NCBI GenBank assembly: GCA_044892525.1
Contig: CM097885.1
Location: 7,654,569-7,690,000, forward strand
Reading direction: 5' to 3'
Source: Schmidtea polychroa
Lineage: Eukaryota
Length of the DNA stretch: 35,432 nt
The notes below the pieces were generated by a model, which saw only the letters and a list, made by a program, of their open reading frames with translations, made no database searches and was not told the origin of the DNA. A program made the translations under genes and the position numbers. The first letter of the stretch is position 1. Each line of letters begins with the position of its first letter. Below are positions 34,381 to 35,432 of this stretch, in pieces.

Positions 34381-34999
34381 AAACCAATCTAATTTGCTCT
34401 TTTTTATACTAATTAATTCATTAATTTTTTTAATACAATTTTGCTAAAAAATCTTAAAATTCTGTTTTCTCAATTCAAACTTTGAAAATTTCACAAAAGT
34501 TAAAATCAAATATTTCAATAAACTTTTTCACAAAATTGTGTTTACTAATATTAATCAATTCTTTCAGTCGATAATGATCAGGAACTTGAGAACGGAGATG
34601 CCGGGCAGTGACCAAGATGCGAATATAATAATAATTATTATTTTTATTTTCATTTGTTATTATTATTTATTATTAATTTGATGTTTTTGATTTTCTTTTT
34701 ATATTTTTTTTAATTATTTTTATTATATTTATTGGAGAAACTGAAGTTAATTTGCATGTTGTTATAAATGGTACAAAAATAATTTATTGTTATAATGAGC
34801 CAGAAAAAATTAAAAATGTGCTATCTCACCTGAAAAATCTGATCAACTGTGCAGCTAAAAAGTAATTGGATGGTTGATTGATAAAATGTGAAAATATTTG
34901 TAAATTTAACGAATTACAGATTAATTTTAAGTTTGTAAAGTTTGCATTAAAGTTGTATAAATTGAGAACCATCGGTGGTGAGAAACATTCAGTAAAATA

Positions 35000-35432
35000 A
35001 TGAATCAAGAACTTGTCTTGAAGGAATCAAAAGGTTTACCAGAGGGGGTGGATGAAGTCGTAAAGGGCTACGATTTCAATAAAGGTATTGACTACGGAAC
35101 CATTCTCAACTCCTTTTCATCAATGGGGATCCAGGGAACGAATTTGAAATTAGTTTTTGATATCATCAATGAAATGCTTGACTTAAAATCGGAACCCTTA
35201 TCCGATGACGAGATGTCATCCAAAATAAATCCAATTAACAGACCACTGACGAATTGCACGATCTTTTTAGGATATACAGCCAACATGATTTCTTGCGGGG
35301 TACGAGAACAGATTCGATATATAGTCGAGCATAACATGGTGGATGTTATTGTAGCATCTGCCGGAGGTATTGAAGAAGACTTTATCAAATGTTTTGCGTC
35401 AACGTATATAGGAGATTTCCAAAATTTTGAGG
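35000..35432 (+). CDS. DHPS: Deoxyhypusine synthase, 5' part (runs off window)
   Basis: Uninterrupted frame from ATG 35000: MNQELVLKESKGLPEGVDEVVKGYDFNKGIDY..GIQGTN..RPLTNCTIFLGYTANMISCGVREQIRYIVEHNMVDVIVASAGGIEEDFIKCFASTYIGDF, matching the DHPS motifs V.GYDFN.G, CTIFLGYTSNLISSG and TAGG.EED.IKC. Confidence 0.96.
   Translation, partial: MNQELVLKESKGLPEGVDEVVKGYDFNKGIDYGTILNSFSSMGIQGTNLKLVFDIINEMLDLKSEPLSDDEMSSKINPINRPLTNCTIFLGYTANMISCGVREQIRYIVEHNMVDVIVASAGGIEEDFIKCFASTYIGDFQNFE

Noticed and set aside
34878-35000. Short frame whose TAA overlaps the DHPS ATG (TAATG), suggesting translational coupling
   Set aside because: No ATG start, only ~40 codons, no homology; expected by chance.

Overview
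AT-rich eukaryotic genomic DNA from an invertebrate animal (spliced genes with a bimodal intron size of 44-57 nt versus 2-5 kb, TTAGGG-type repeat, four N-gaps; flatworm-like is an inference only). Two host genes lie on the + strand. One is a 10-exon partial ARMC9 (LisH/armadillo ciliary gene, <1-15863); the other is the 5' part of deoxyhypusine synthase (35000->35432), which the ORF track misses. The long ARMC9 introns and the 19-kb intergenic region are packed with decayed mobile elements: Penelope-like GIY-YIG with hammerhead-ribozyme-like motifs, mariner, Buster/hAT, Tc1-like, pogo-like, Gypsy, REL-type non-LTR and a nested CAC-terminated TIR family. The most unusual signal is a dense set of short, intronless, internally deleted fragments of highly expressed housekeeping genes. 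These are a PRMT1-EF2-retroelement chimera, a cold-shock-domain-actin chimera, a second actin piece and two HSP90 5' fragments sharing non-canonical residues, together suggesting a gene-fragment capture/mosaic process. Other oddities: a telomeric tract bracketed by a 54-bp direct repeat and a GC-rich orphan-ORF island. All family assignments come from recalled motif similarity, not database searches.
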